Shown here: positions 1-8,651 of the stretch, piece after piece
Position numbering within the stretch: the first letter of the stretch is position 1
Layout: every line of letters begins with the position of its first letter
Position numbers and translations under genes: made by a program
From: Telmatocola sphagniphila
GTDB lineage: Bacteria > Planctomycetota > Planctomycetia > Gemmatales > Gemmataceae
Length of the DNA: 32,000 nucleotides
Direction: 5' to 3'
Assembly: GCF_018398935.1 (NCBI RefSeq)
Contig: NZ_CP074694.1
Location: 5,670,001 to 5,702,000, forward strand
Notes under the pieces: generated by a model
Database searches by the model: none
Seen by the model: the letters and a program-made list of their open reading frames with translations, nothing else
Told to the model about the DNA's origin: nothing

Positions 1-19
1 GGCCCGCCGGGCCTTCCTG

Positions 20-1084
20 ATGGAGCTATTCCAGACCCCGGAGTACCAAGCTCTTCACGCCGGGACCCGACTGGATGAAGTCTCCTCCGAGATCGCCACC
101 CTGCACTTCGCCGAACAGTTCGCCGCTCTCCGGAATGCGGCTACCACGGCCGAACCCGAGATCGCCACATTAAAAGCGGTCAGCCGGGCGGTGCTGGCCG
201 CTCGCGAAGAGGTCGACCAGTGCCGGGAAGCGATTACTGCTCTCGGCGGCGGGCTCGGTCCGGGAACGCCGGGCTCGGTCGATCCCAAAGGGATTGCTCA
301 GCTGTTCCAGCGGGTGCGCCAGGACCCCACGTTGCGACGGATCTGCGAACTGGCCGGTCGTTATCGGCGATTGGCCCAGTCGAGCCAGCGTCGCAAATGC
401 GCGCACGGTCAGGATGACTTGGTCGGAGTGACTACCTCAGGAGACTTGGCTCAGTTGCTGCCGCACGAGCTGGTCCGCTTGGGAATTCCCGAGTTGGAAC
501 TGGACACCCTGCGCCGTCTGGCCGAACGGCAGTGCCTGGCCCGGGACTACCAGTCCTTGGAACCGGTGGGCAAAGGTCCGATCGTGGTGGTCATCGATGA
601 ATCGGGCTCGATGGCTGGGGATAAAGTGCAAACGGCCAAGGCTCTAGCCTTGGCTTTGGCCTGGATCGCCCGGCAGCAGCGACGCTGGTGTGGCCTGATT
701 GCCTACTCGGGCGATACCGGCGAACGGCTGTTGTCTTTGCCGCCGGCGCGCTGGGACGAATCGGAACTGCTCGACTGGCTGGGAGCCTTCCTCGGAGGCG
801 GTTCGACCTTGGATGTTCCGATCGTGGAACTGCCTTGGATGGTGGAACAGCTCTGGGCTCCCCCGGGCATTACCGATGTCTTGATTCTGACCGATGCCAT
901 CTGCTCGATTCCGCTGGAGTTGCAGCAGAAGTTCCTGGCCTGGAAGCGCTTGGTTTCGGCGCGGGTGATTTCGTTGATCTTGGCCGACACCGCGGGGGAC
1001 CTGGCGGCGTTGAGTGATGAAGTCCATCTGGTTAAATCGCTCGAAGTCACCGAGAACGCCCTTGGCTCTGTGCTGTCGATCTAG
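20..1084 (+). CDS. von Willebrand factor A (vWA) domain protein with MIDAS motif; possibly 5'-incomplete
   Basis: 354-aa ORF. It has a DxSGS MIDAS motif (VVVIDESGSMAG, D-E-S-G-S at nt 595-609) followed by a vWA-like pattern (AKALALALAWIA, VLILTDA). The reading frame stays open upstream to nt 2, so the true start may lie outside the window. Confidence 0.8.
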   Translation: MELFQTPEYQALHAGTRLDEVSSEIATLHFAEQFAALRNAATTAEPEIATLKAVSRAVLAAREEVDQCREAITALGGGLGPGTPGSVDPKGIAQLFQRVRQDPTLRRICELAGRYRRLAQSSQRRKCAHGQDDLVGVTTSGDLAQLLPHELVRLGIPELELDTLRRLAERQCLARDYQSLEPVGKGPIVVVIDESGSMAGDKVQTAKALALALAWIARQQRRWCGLIAYSGDTGERLLSLPPARWDESELLDWLGAFLGGGSTLDVPIVELPWMVEQLWAPPGITDVLILTDAICSIPLELQQKFLAWKRLVSARVISLILADTAGDLAALSDEVHLVKSLEVTENALGSVLSI

Positions 1085-1109
1085 CCTTGTTTTTTTATTT
1101 GGTGTGAAA

Positions 1110-1152
1110 GCCTGCGGATCTTCCTTCGCAGAAGGTTCCGCGGGCTTTTTTT
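1110..1152 (+). terminator. Rho-independent terminator after the vWA gene
   Basis: Hairpin gcctgcgga...tccgcgggc (one G-U pair) with an inner ccttc/gaagg stem, followed by a T7 run. It lies 26 nt after the stop at 1084. Confidence 0.6.
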
Positions 1153-1190
1153 CTGTTTATTTCTCAGTCTTGAAGTGAAAGGAACTCCCT

Positions 1191-2090
1191 ATGAGTGCTT
1201 TGATCAAAACCAACATTATGCCGAAGGTTACTCCGGGAGCTCGCCTCTTGGGCGAGATCATTACCTGGACCGCATCCGGGGCCAGCGTTCGGCACAGCGA
1301 CTTGATTCGAGCCCTGAAGGAAGTCGGCCTCGATGAAAGCGTGGCCCGGGAGTTAGCGCCCCGGCACGCTTTTGCCCGGGCCTGTCGCAAGCTGTCCGAA
1401 GCCCGCATCATTCGGCAGATTGCCGAAGACGAGGCCTCGATTCAATTCCAGTTTACCCAGGAATCGAAACAGGGGGACCGCTTCAGCTACGACTTCGAGA
1501 CCCTTCTGACCCTGACCAAGAAGACCGGGCAGGTGCACTGCGACAAAGGGGAATTAGCTCTATTGGCTCAGGAAGAGCTGGATCGCTGTATTGCCGTGCG
1601 GACCGGCAGCGATATCACCCGGATCGTACAGAAGCTCTTCGAACGGGAAGCCGATCTTTTCCCGATTCGGCCTCAGGGCGGAGCCTACTTCGTCCCGCAG
1701 TTGCATGCCGGCTTCATCGATCGGGTGCAGAGCTTGTTGAAGCAACTCAATGGTCAGATGCTGCGCTTCCCGGTACCGGAAGGAACTGCCAGCGGCGACG
1801 TCTCGGTCAAAGAAGCGGTCGCTTCGGGATTATCGGCTCTGATTGCCGAGCATGAGGAAGCGATTGCCTCTTTTGGCGAAGATACTCGGCCCGATACAGT
1901 AGAACGAGCCGCCGAGCGGATTCGCAACACTAAGTTCAAAGTCGAAGCCTACGCCGCTCTCTTGGCCGATCAGAAGCATCAGCTGGAACTTTCCCTCGCC
2001 ACGGCTTCCCGAAAGCTCCGTCAGAAAGTTGAAAGTCTGGCCGCCGAAAGGGAAGCGGTGCTGGTCTCGCTTGGCCGGCTTTTCAATTGA
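1191..2090 (+). CDS. Hypothetical protein (299 aa) with coiled-coil-like C-terminal third
   Basis: Long ORF with an aaagga SD-like element about 10 nt upstream. I can name no catalytic motif. The C-terminus (KFKVEAYAALLADQKHQLELSLATASRKLRQKVESLAAE) looks heptad-like. It sits directly between the vWA and clamp-like genes. Confidence 0.6.
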   Translation: MSALIKTNIMPKVTPGARLLGEIITWTASGASVRHSDLIRALKEVGLDESVARELAPRHAFARACRKLSEARIIRQIAEDEASIQFQFTQESKQGDRFSYDFETLLTLTKKTGQVHCDKGELALLAQEELDRCIAVRTGSDITRIVQKLFEREADLFPIRPQGGAYFVPQLHAGFIDRVQSLLKQLNGQMLRFPVPEGTASGDVSVKEAVASGLSALIAEHEEAIASFGEDTRPDTVERAAERIRNTKFKVEAYAALLADQKHQLELSLATASRKLRQKVESLAAEREAVLVSLGRLFN

Positions 2091-2165
2091 TTCGCAGTTT
2101 TGCTTTTTAGCCCTTCTCCCGTCTATTCGCACTTTCATTCCAATACTACTCACCGAAGGAAAACC

Positions 2166-3515
2166 ATGATCCATTTGCAGCGCCGGCAAGTCCGGCAGTT
2201 ACGCAGCTTGTTCAAGAAATTGGGAGCGGCCCGCTGCCCAGCTCCGACTAGCCTCTTGCTGAAGACCGATTCATCCGGGCTCTCAATACAGGGCTCGATC
2301 GGCGAAGTCACGGCGATTTACCGGCTGCCGGGCTCCTTTGCCGACGAGCAGATGACCATTCCTTTTGCCGTGTTCAATGATACCGCCGGCTCGGATGACA
2401 GTGTCGTCGAAATCGTGGCCCTGGTCCACCAGAAGTTGCGCGTCGCCTGGAGTTCGGGAACGGTGCCGCAGATTCGCGAGTACGAGATTCCCGCCAGCGT
2501 TGAAAGTTGGTCTTTACCGGAGGTCTGGACGCCGATGGACCTGCGTCTGCGGGAAGCACTCACCGAGGCAATGAAGACCGCTAGTGCCGAGGCGACACGC
2601 TTTGCCGTCAATTACATCCAGTTGCGTGGCCGGACGGGCGAGGTCATTGGTACCGACTCCAGGCAACTGTTTATTGAGTCCGGATTCCCGTTCCCTTGGG
2701 AAGACGATTTGCTAATACCGCGCTGTGGACTCCTGGGAGTAGAGGAACTAAAAGGCGATTCCTTGGAGATAGGCAGAACCGCCTCGCATATGTGGTTACG
2801 ACTGGGGGCTTGGATGATCGCCCTGCAAATCGCCTCGGAAGCTCGCTATCCCGAAGTCCATCGAGCGATTCCTGCCTCTTTGGAAGCGACGCGCTGGAGG
2901 ATAGACCCGGGAGAATCGCACGGTTTGGCACAGTGCTTGAAGCAGTTGCCGGGCGAGAAAGATCCGCATCGACCGGTGACGGTGGAACTCAACGGTCATG
3001 TTGCGATTCGGGCTCGAGGAACCGAAAGTCTGCAAACGACCGAAGTTCACCTCAACCGCTCGCAGGTGGAAGGGAATCCGCTCAGCTTGGCCTTGGATCG
3101 AGACTATTTGCGGCGGGCGTTGCAGTTGGGTTTTTCAGAGTTCCAGATCGTGGATCCCGACAAGCCGATTGTTTGCCAGGAAGGCAGCCGAAGGTTCGTC
3201 TGCATGCCCTTGGGTAAGTCCTCGGTCGTAGCTTCTTCTTCCGAAGCGATTCGAGTTGAACTATTGGAACCTCAGCGAGAACTGAAGCCCAAGAGCGTTA
3301 CGGCCCAGCGCTTGCGACAGCGGGCCCAAAGCTTCACCTCGGCCCTTCTGGCAGGACTGCTGGAAGAAGCGGAAGCTCTGCAATCTCTGGGTCAAGCCCT
3401 GATAGAACGACTCGGCTCGCTGAGCCTGGAGATCCAGCGACTTCTCCCGAGCAGAAGGCCCGAACTAGTCAATGCCAATGCATCTCCCGAACTGCAGCCC
3501 GATCCCTTCATTTGA
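2166..3515 (+). CDS. DNA polymerase III beta sliding-clamp (DnaN)-like protein, divergent, with coiled-coil tail
   Basis: Several blocks match DnaN signatures by eye: GTDSRQLFI (cf. TDGHRLA), ARYPEVHRAIP (cf. G-FPDY--VIP), LALDRDYLRRAL (cf. FN--YL-DAL) and FVCMPL (cf. vvMPmR). I prefer ATG 2166 with a gaagga SD over the TTG at 2100 used by the ORF track. Confidence 0.6.
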   Translation: MIHLQRRQVRQLRSLFKKLGAARCPAPTSLLLKTDSSGLSIQGSIGEVTAIYRLPGSFADEQMTIPFAVFNDTAGSDDSVVEIVALVHQKLRVAWSSGTVPQIREYEIPASVESWSLPEVWTPMDLRLREALTEAMKTASAEATRFAVNYIQLRGRTGEVIGTDSRQLFIESGFPFPWEDDLLIPRCGLLGVEELKGDSLEIGRTASHMWLRLGAWMIALQIASEARYPEVHRAIPASLEATRWRIDPGESHGLAQCLKQLPGEKDPHRPVTVELNGHVAIRARGTESLQTTEVHLNRSQVEGNPLSLALDRDYLRRALQLGFSEFQIVDPDKPIVCQEGSRRFVCMPLGKSSVVASSSEAIRVELLEPQRELKPKSVTAQRLRQRAQSFTSALLAGLLEEAEALQSLGQALIERLGSLSLEIQRLLPSRRPELVNANASPELQPDPFI

Positions 3516-3623
3516 ATTCCCTCGGTTGCTAAACTTCATCCCTTCCTAAATAGGAGAAATTGCATGAGTGCCAAGCACAAGCTCAACGCCGCGCATATGA
3601 CCGGATCTTGACTGGTCGCGATT

Positions 3624-3719
3624 ATGCTGGGAGTGATTTTTCAATCGGCCCTGATCGCCCTTGGAGCGGTGGTTTTTCTGCTCAGTATGGATCTGGTCGG
3701 AGGAAATATCCGTCGGTAG
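3624..3719 (+). CDS. Candidate 31-aa hydrophobic peptide (MLGVIFQSALIALGAVVFLLSMDLVGGNIRR)
   Basis: Short ORF encoding one predicted TM helix, ending 10 nt before a perfect terminator. It is in frame with an SD-led ATG at 3564 (aggag, 7-nt spacer) but separated from it by TGA at 3609-3611. Below the ORF-track size cut-off. Confidence 0.3.
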   Translation: MLGVIFQSALIALGAVVFLLSMDLVGGNIRR

Positions 3720-3728
3720 GCGATAATA

Positions 3729-3777
3729 CTCCCGTTTATTCATAATAATCATGAATAAACGGGAGATTTTCGTTTTT
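3729..3777 (+). terminator. Strong rho-independent terminator
   Basis: Perfect 15-bp stem (ctcccgtttattcat / atgaataaacgggag, 3729-3743 and 3751-3765) with a 7-nt loop, followed by attttcgttttt. Confidence 0.75.
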
Positions 3778-4061
3778 GAAAAGGCCAATAAATAGGATGC
3801 CAATTTTTAGCTATTAGAGGTCAGTTGTGCAATTTCGTGAGCGAATTTAGGTCAATACTGTTAATCAGACGGTTCTAGGTTCGAGTCCAACTCGAGGAGT
3901 TTGATCAGGTCTGGACACAACTCGATTCACAGGCAATACCTGTAAATCGCTCTTGTGAAAGGGTTTGTAACCGGTCAATTGGTTCGCATCCTAGTCACGA
4001 TTCAGACCCCGAGGCATCCACCAAGCTTGCTCATCGCTTGATTTTGGGCTCTTAGAGCCTA

Positions 4062-5069
4062 TCACGGTCGATCCACCTGTTTGATGGAAGTTCTTTCTGA
4101 CACCCAACCCCGATACCAGCGTTGGAAAGCGATTGACGGCGCATCCGACGGCATCGACACTTCACCGCCGGCAGGCACTTCGGACGGCCAGCACGTAATC
4201 TTGTTGCGTCGATCTTCGGCCAGGATGACCGGTGTCAGCAAGTCGTAGATACGTGGCAGGAGGCTAAATTTGCCAAAGTTGCGGCGGGCCACCACAATGT
4301 TTCGAGAAGTATTTTCGCTCAGCGGCACGACCCAGATGAACAGCAGAGACTTCCGCCCTGGTCGTTTTTGCGGGATACCGAGGCTCATCGCATGCGGAGG
4401 GTGGAACGCGACCCAACCCACGTCGGGTGATGCGACGCCGGGGCCGGTCTCGACCCACCAGTCCATATGGAAGCCGCCGTCCGGACGTTGCTCCAGTTTG
4501 TGGCCAAGCTGCGCGTTCGGCATCTTGCCCAATGCACGGCCGAATGCAGCACCTATACTCCAGGGGTGGACGAACGGAACGTGGGCAACGTCCAGCGCCG
4601 TTTGGACGCCGCGACTCCAATGAACGGGCCAGTCACGTTCGACAACGGAACCGAACCACCCCTCTCCGAGGGGCGGTGGCATCACGGGCGGAGGGGCGTT
4701 CTCGGCTTCACCCGCGTACAGCCAGAGCAGTCCCTCGCGTTCCTCGCACGCCATCGCCTGCGCGCGGACCGCAGACAGTTTCGCTTCGGGATTGAGCGGA
4801 ATGTGGCGGCACACGCCATCGCCACCGAAACGCCAGCCGTGAAAGCTGCACTGGATAGTCCCGTCGCCGGGCATCGTTCCAATCGAAAGCTTGACGCTCC
4901 GATGGGGACAGCGGTCGACGAGCGCTCGGGCTTGGCCCTTCTCATCGCGAAACGCGACGACGGGGACACCATCCAGCACGAGACCGAGAGGTTTGCCAGC
5001 CTTCAGCCGACTGGCGGCGGTGATCGGCGACCAATAGCCGTGAAGCGTGGGGAAAGTAACCGTGCGCAT
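4062..5069 (-). CDS. Rieske [2Fe-2S] non-haem iron oxygenase, alpha-subunit-like
   Basis: Rieske motif CPHRSVKL...CSFHGWRF (CxH...CxxH) plus a mononuclear iron motif DVAHVPFVH (Dx2Hx4H). The start is set at ATG 5069, which overlaps the upstream gene's stop as TGATG. The track's alternative start is 5114. Confidence 0.85.
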   Translation of the reverse strand: MRTVTFPTLHGYWSPITAASRLKAGKPLGLVLDGVPVVAFRDEKGQARALVDRCPHRSVKLSIGTMPGDGTIQCSFHGWRFGGDGVCRHIPLNPEAKLSAVRAQAMACEEREGLLWLYAGEAENAPPPVMPPPLGEGWFGSVVERDWPVHWSRGVQTALDVAHVPFVHPWSIGAAFGRALGKMPNAQLGHKLEQRPDGGFHMDWWVETGPGVASPDVGWVAFHPPHAMSLGIPQKRPGRKSLLFIWVVPLSENTSRNIVVARRNFGKFSLLPRIYDLLTPVILAEDRRNKITCWPSEVPAGGEVSMPSDAPSIAFQRWYRGWVSERTSIKQVDRP

Positions 5070-5845
5070 CAACCACTCCCTGATTCGATTGGTTTGTCTG
5101 CTACGAGCAGCCACATGAGCGCCCCGGCGACCCCGAAGGCTGCGCTTGAACGTTTCACGTCGAGCCCGGCGTCGCGGAGTGCCTGAGCGTAGCTGTGCGT
5201 AGGCACGTAGTCGCCAATGACGACACGCCCGCCGGGCTTCAGCACGCGGGCGATTTCCCGGCAGGCGACTGTCTGGTTGGTCTTGGGTTCGATGTTGTGG
5301 AGGCAGAGCAGAGAGAGAATCACGTCGAAGGTCGCATCTGGGAAGGATAATCCCGTGGCGTCGTCGGTACGAACCTCGGCCTGGTCTGTTACGCCCTCCA
5401 GGGCGATGTTCCGACGGGTCGCATCAGCAGAGTTGTCGCTGAGGTCCTTTGCGGACCAAATATCGATTCCGACCACGCGACCGCCGGCGTTAAGGCGTTT
5501 TGCGGCCCCAATCATTAGCATTCCCGCGCCAGTACCGACGTCGAGCACGACCTCATCGCCGCGCCACGTCACAAGGTCCAAGATCGCATCGCGAGTTCTC
5601 GATTTTCCCCGTAGACCGTACTGTAACATTGCCAACCCGAGCGTGAGCGGTACGGTTCCCGCGACGGCGAGCACCACACCCACGGCCTGGGAAAAAGGAA
5701 ACGGCTCTGCCATAGCGAGGGTGACCCCCGCCGCAACCAGGACACTGCCCACCCCGAGCATTCCAAGCATGATGCCCGGAGCGTCCCAGCCGTAGTTCGG
5801 TTTTCCTTTGACGAGAGGCGGTGTCGGGGGCATAGTGGAGTTCAC
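5069..5845 (-). CDS. Membrane-anchored class I SAM-dependent methyltransferase
   Basis: SAM-binding motif VLDVGTGAGML, preceded by two hydrophobic helices (IMLGMLGVGSVLVAAGVTLA, VVLAVAGTVPLTLGLAML). The track start at 5845 is GTG; ATG at 5833 is an alternative. Confidence 0.8.
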   Translation of the reverse strand: MNSTMPPTPPLVKGKPNYGWDAPGIMLGMLGVGSVLVAAGVTLAMAEPFPFSQAVGVVLAVAGTVPLTLGLAMLQYGLRGKSRTRDAILDLVTWRGDEVVLDVGTGAGMLMIGAAKRLNAGGRVVGIDIWSAKDLSDNSADATRRNIALEGVTDQAEVRTDDATGLSFPDATFDVILSLLCLHNIEPKTNQTVACREIARVLKPGGRVVIGDYVPTHSYAQALRDAGLDVKRSSAAFGVAGALMWLLVADKPIESGSG

Positions 5846-5905
5846 TCTATTTATTAAACAGACTGGTTCGTATAGTAATAGCCTCAGGGAAACAGGAGGT
5901 CAAGT

Positions 5906-6571
5906 TTGATTTCGGAATCTTCATCAGGCGAGCGCCCACGGCCGCTCGGACGACCACGCGATCCAGCGAAGGTGGAGTCCATCCTGACCGCAAGCTGGCG
6001 ACTATTCCTGAAGCACGGCGTGGAACCGGTAGCGGTCGAGACCATCGCTGCCGAGGCGGGTGTCTCCAAGGCAACCGTCTATGCGTACTTTGATGACAAA
6101 CGCGCGATGTTCCAGGAAGGCGTACGCCGTGAGATGGCGAAGATCGAGGCGGCCCAACGGCTCGATGAAGCCGCTATCGCAGGAACAACTCTACGGGACG
6201 TGCTCATCAGGTTCGGTACAGGGATTATGACATTTCTGACCGGTTCCGGGGCCGTTGACTTCTACGGCTCCTTGTCCGGAGAACTGCGTCGAGATCCACA
6301 ACTTGCCCGAATGTTCTATGACGCAGGGCCCGGACGTACGGTGGCAAACTTGGCCGCGATCCTATCAAGTCCGCTTGCTTCCGATCTTGAGATTGCGGAT
6401 GCGAACAGTGCGGCCGAAATGCTCCTCGGCATGTGGCAGGGTATGACCAACTACCAACTCATGCTCGGGATCGACCACAAGAAGGTGACAAAATCGATTC
6501 CGAAGCGGGTCACGACAGGGGTTGATCTCTTCTTGAAATCTCATGCGCAGTTACGATCTTCTAATCATTGA
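5906..6571 (+). CDS. TetR/AcrR family transcriptional regulator
   Basis: N-terminal TetR HTH (VETIAAEAGVSKATVYAYFDDKRAMF). TTG start with a strong aggagg SD 6 nt upstream. Divergent from the methyltransferase/Rieske pair. Confidence 0.9.
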   Translation: MISESSSGERPRPLGRPRDPAKVESILTASWRLFLKHGVEPVAVETIAAEAGVSKATVYAYFDDKRAMFQEGVRREMAKIEAAQRLDEAAIAGTTLRDVLIRFGTGIMTFLTGSGAVDFYGSLSGELRRDPQLARMFYDAGPGRTVANLAAILSSPLASDLEIADANSAAEMLLGMWQGMTNYQLMLGIDHKKVTKSIPKRVTTGVDLFLKSHAQLRSSNH

Positions 6572-6627
6572 CGCTCAGCCAGAAAATGTTCTATCCGTGC
6601 CTTGTCACCCCTTTTGTTTGTGCGTGA

Positions 6628-6960
6628 TTATGTGCCCAGGCGACGTAGCACTTGTGTCACCCTTGCCCGGCTGACACCGAGATGGCGGGCAAGCGCCGCC
6701 CGGTTCTCAAACTTGCCAGTATCGAGAAGGGCCTGGTAGTGGCGGGCAAGTGTGAGCGGATTACGGCGTTCTTTGGGGACAGCTTGGGTTTTCGATTTGG
6801 CGTCTGAAAAGCCGTTCCAGGGGTATAGGGCAATGACGGCCGCTCGACGTAACCTCTTAAGCTGTAAGGTCCCGCGTTCGTTGAACCCTGGATCGAGTTG
6901 AGTACGCCTCGAGGAGATAATTTTAGCGGAAGCCTCTTCACACCGTCGACTTGAACAGAA
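6628..6960 (-). pseudogene. Start-less HTH-domain ORF remnant (recombinase/partition-associated type)
   Basis: The frame open between the stops at 6961-6963 and 6628-6630 has no ATG. It ends in a classic HTH (RAALARHLGVSRARVTQVLRRLGT). The ORF-track entry 6657-6941 is a different frame of the same stretch. Confidence 0.4.
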
Positions 6961-6981
6961 TTAATCCGGATCGAAGCGACT

Positions 6982-8544
6982 CTATTTGTTGAGATTAAGC
7001 TTGGGATGATCTTTTTGGGCTTGAAGGAATGCTTTATCAGTCACTTTCGTGCCATAGAGGTAGAACTGCTTTAGCTTGGGTAATTTGAGCAACTCTCGAA
7101 ATCCTCCATCGCCCAACTGACTGTAATTGAGATTTAGATCTTCGAGTTGGGCCAAAGAAGAAAGGAGTTTGGCATTTGCATCCGAGAAGTTGATTTTACT
7201 CAGCGATAGTTCTTTGAGATTAGACAAAGCGGAAAGGTATCGCAACCAATCTCCCTGTGGAACGGCCTCCGAAAGATCGAGTTTTTCAAGTTTAGCAAAT
7301 CTCGAAATAGCTTGGAAGGTCGCTTCCGTGGTTGGGCACCTCTCCATGCCGAGTTCTCTGATGGGGGCGTCAGTCATTAATGCTAAGCCGGTACCTGAAA
7401 TTTTAGTCTTCGAGAGTTTTAGTTCCTCTAATTTTTTGAACTGCGACAAGCTCTTAAATGCTTCGTCGGTTATATTGGTCTCACTTAGATAAAGAGAAGT
7501 GAGATTCGGAAATCGTAAGAGAGCGGAAACAGCTCGATCCGTTATTTTAGATCCTCCCAGATAAATGTACTTCACCTTTTCGGGTTTGCTGGCTTTCTTC
7601 ACCGTGGATTTTCGGAATGCCCACTCATTCATAGATTTTTGAGCGGTGGTTGGACCATCGAGCCACCCCTTCGCTATCAAGGATTCCAGCAATGCATCGT
7701 CAATATGACTCGTGTCGAAAATGAATTGCTCCGGCAGATGCTTGTCAACGATCGCCCGAATTCCAGCAGTTGATAGGGGGCTCCCTTTCATTCGAGAGTC
7801 ATGCCGACTAGTGATTTCCAAATCGGTCAAATTCGGTATTTTTGAGATGTTAATCGCTCCTTCATCGGTGAACCCATTTATGCTTTCCAAATGGAGACAT
7901 TCCATAGTAGTCTTTCCTGCGAATGGCTCAAAAGCAGCGCCGTCCAAAGATATATAGGCTAGAGATAAATTTTTCAGCAATGGTAGCTTAGCTAGTTCTC
8001 TCACTCCTGCATCGGAGATCCCATTACTCCCAACAATCGTAATCGAGTGAATATTTTTGCATCCCGCCAAAGCTTTCAGATCAGCGTCCTTAATATCGAT
8101 GCCCAGCATTACAATGCTCTCCAGATTCGGTAGCATTGCTATCAATTTCAGGCATTCCGGCTCAAGTTTTGTGTTTTGGATAATAAGAATTGTCAATCGT
8201 CTGGATTGCTTTAATAGTTTACAGTCCTCGACCGTAACATTACCATCTTCAATTAGCAGAACCCCAGATAATGGTTTATTATTCGTTAGCGATCCATAAG
8301 TCATAAATTTCCATTTTTTTGCTTCCAGGTAATTCAGCACCGTTGGATCTTCTGCATCTGGATTCAAGAAATCACTGGCCGGTAGAGTCGCTATGGGATC
8401 ATAGTTTTTGGCTTGATTTGTAGTTGACGATTGAGTTGGCTCAATAACTACCGGCTTTGGTTCAGACCTCTGACAGGAACTCAGCAAAATAGAGAGTCCG
8501 AACACAACTAACACAGTCGCTGGATACAAATCGAACTGCTTCAT
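6982..8544 (-). CDS. Leucine-rich-repeat lipoprotein
   Basis: Signal peptide with a lipobox-like LLSSC. Many tandem roughly 24-aa LRR units follow (L--L--L-L----ItD-g---L). G+C is visibly lower than in the flanking sequence. Confidence 0.85.
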   Translation of the reverse strand: MKQFDLYPATVLVVFGLSILLSSCQRSEPKPVVIEPTQSSTTNQAKNYDPIATLPASDFLNPDAEDPTVLNYLEAKKWKFMTYGSLTNNKPLSGVLLIEDGNVTVEDCKLLKQSRRLTILIIQNTKLEPECLKLIAMLPNLESIVMLGIDIKDADLKALAGCKNIHSITIVGSNGISDAGVRELAKLPLLKNLSLAYISLDGAAFEPFAGKTTMECLHLESINGFTDEGAINISKIPNLTDLEITSRHDSRMKGSPLSTAGIRAIVDKHLPEQFIFDTSHIDDALLESLIAKGWLDGPTTAQKSMNEWAFRKSTVKKASKPEKVKYIYLGGSKITDRAVSALLRFPNLTSLYLSETNITDEAFKSLSQFKKLEELKLSKTKISGTGLALMTDAPIRELGMERCPTTEATFQAISRFAKLEKLDLSEAVPQGDWLRYLSALSNLKELSLSKINFSDANAKLLSSLAQLEDLNLNYSQLGDGGFRELLKLPKLKQFYLYGTKVTDKAFLQAQKDHPKLNLNK

Positions 8545-8651
8545 GATCGTTCTCTCAAGGCTAGGAACTCGTCTCTATTTGTAAAACAGTAAGTATTGAA
8601 AGAAAATCCCCGGAGTATTTAGTTTCGAGACGGAGCGTCCCGCCCCCACTA

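Noticed and set aside
2100-2165. TTG-initiated 22-codon extension of the clamp-like ORF
   Set aside because: No SD precedes it, whereas ATG 2166 has a gaagga SD. The extension would begin 9 nt after the previous stop and has a low-complexity sequence.
3546-3803. 85-aa minus-strand ORF
   Set aside because: It reads straight through the perfect 15-bp terminator hairpin and an AT-rich spacer, with an implausible composition.
3866-3899. tRNA-like sequence containing a perfect GGTTCGAGTCC T-loop core
   Set aside because: The T-stem pairs at only 3 of 5 positions. The candidate anticodon loop lacks U33. No 5' acceptor strand complementary to tcgagga exists about 70 nt upstream. At best it is a decayed tRNA 3' fragment or att scar, not a gene.
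5070-5114. 15-codon N-terminal extension of the Rieske ORF
   Set aside because: It would overlap the upstream gene by 46 nt. ATG 5069 gives a canonical TGATG coupling and a sensible N-terminus.
4467-5795. Plus-strand ORFs of 239 aa (4467-5186) and 192 aa (5217-5795)
   Set aside because: They are antisense to the Rieske and methyltransferase genes, which carry clear cofactor motifs. Their Arg/Pro/Ala-rich composition is typical of high-GC shadow frames.
5846-5905. Possible palindromic TetR operator in the divergent intergenic region
   Set aside because: I could find only weak partial dyad symmetry (ctattta / taatag), which is not enough to call a site.
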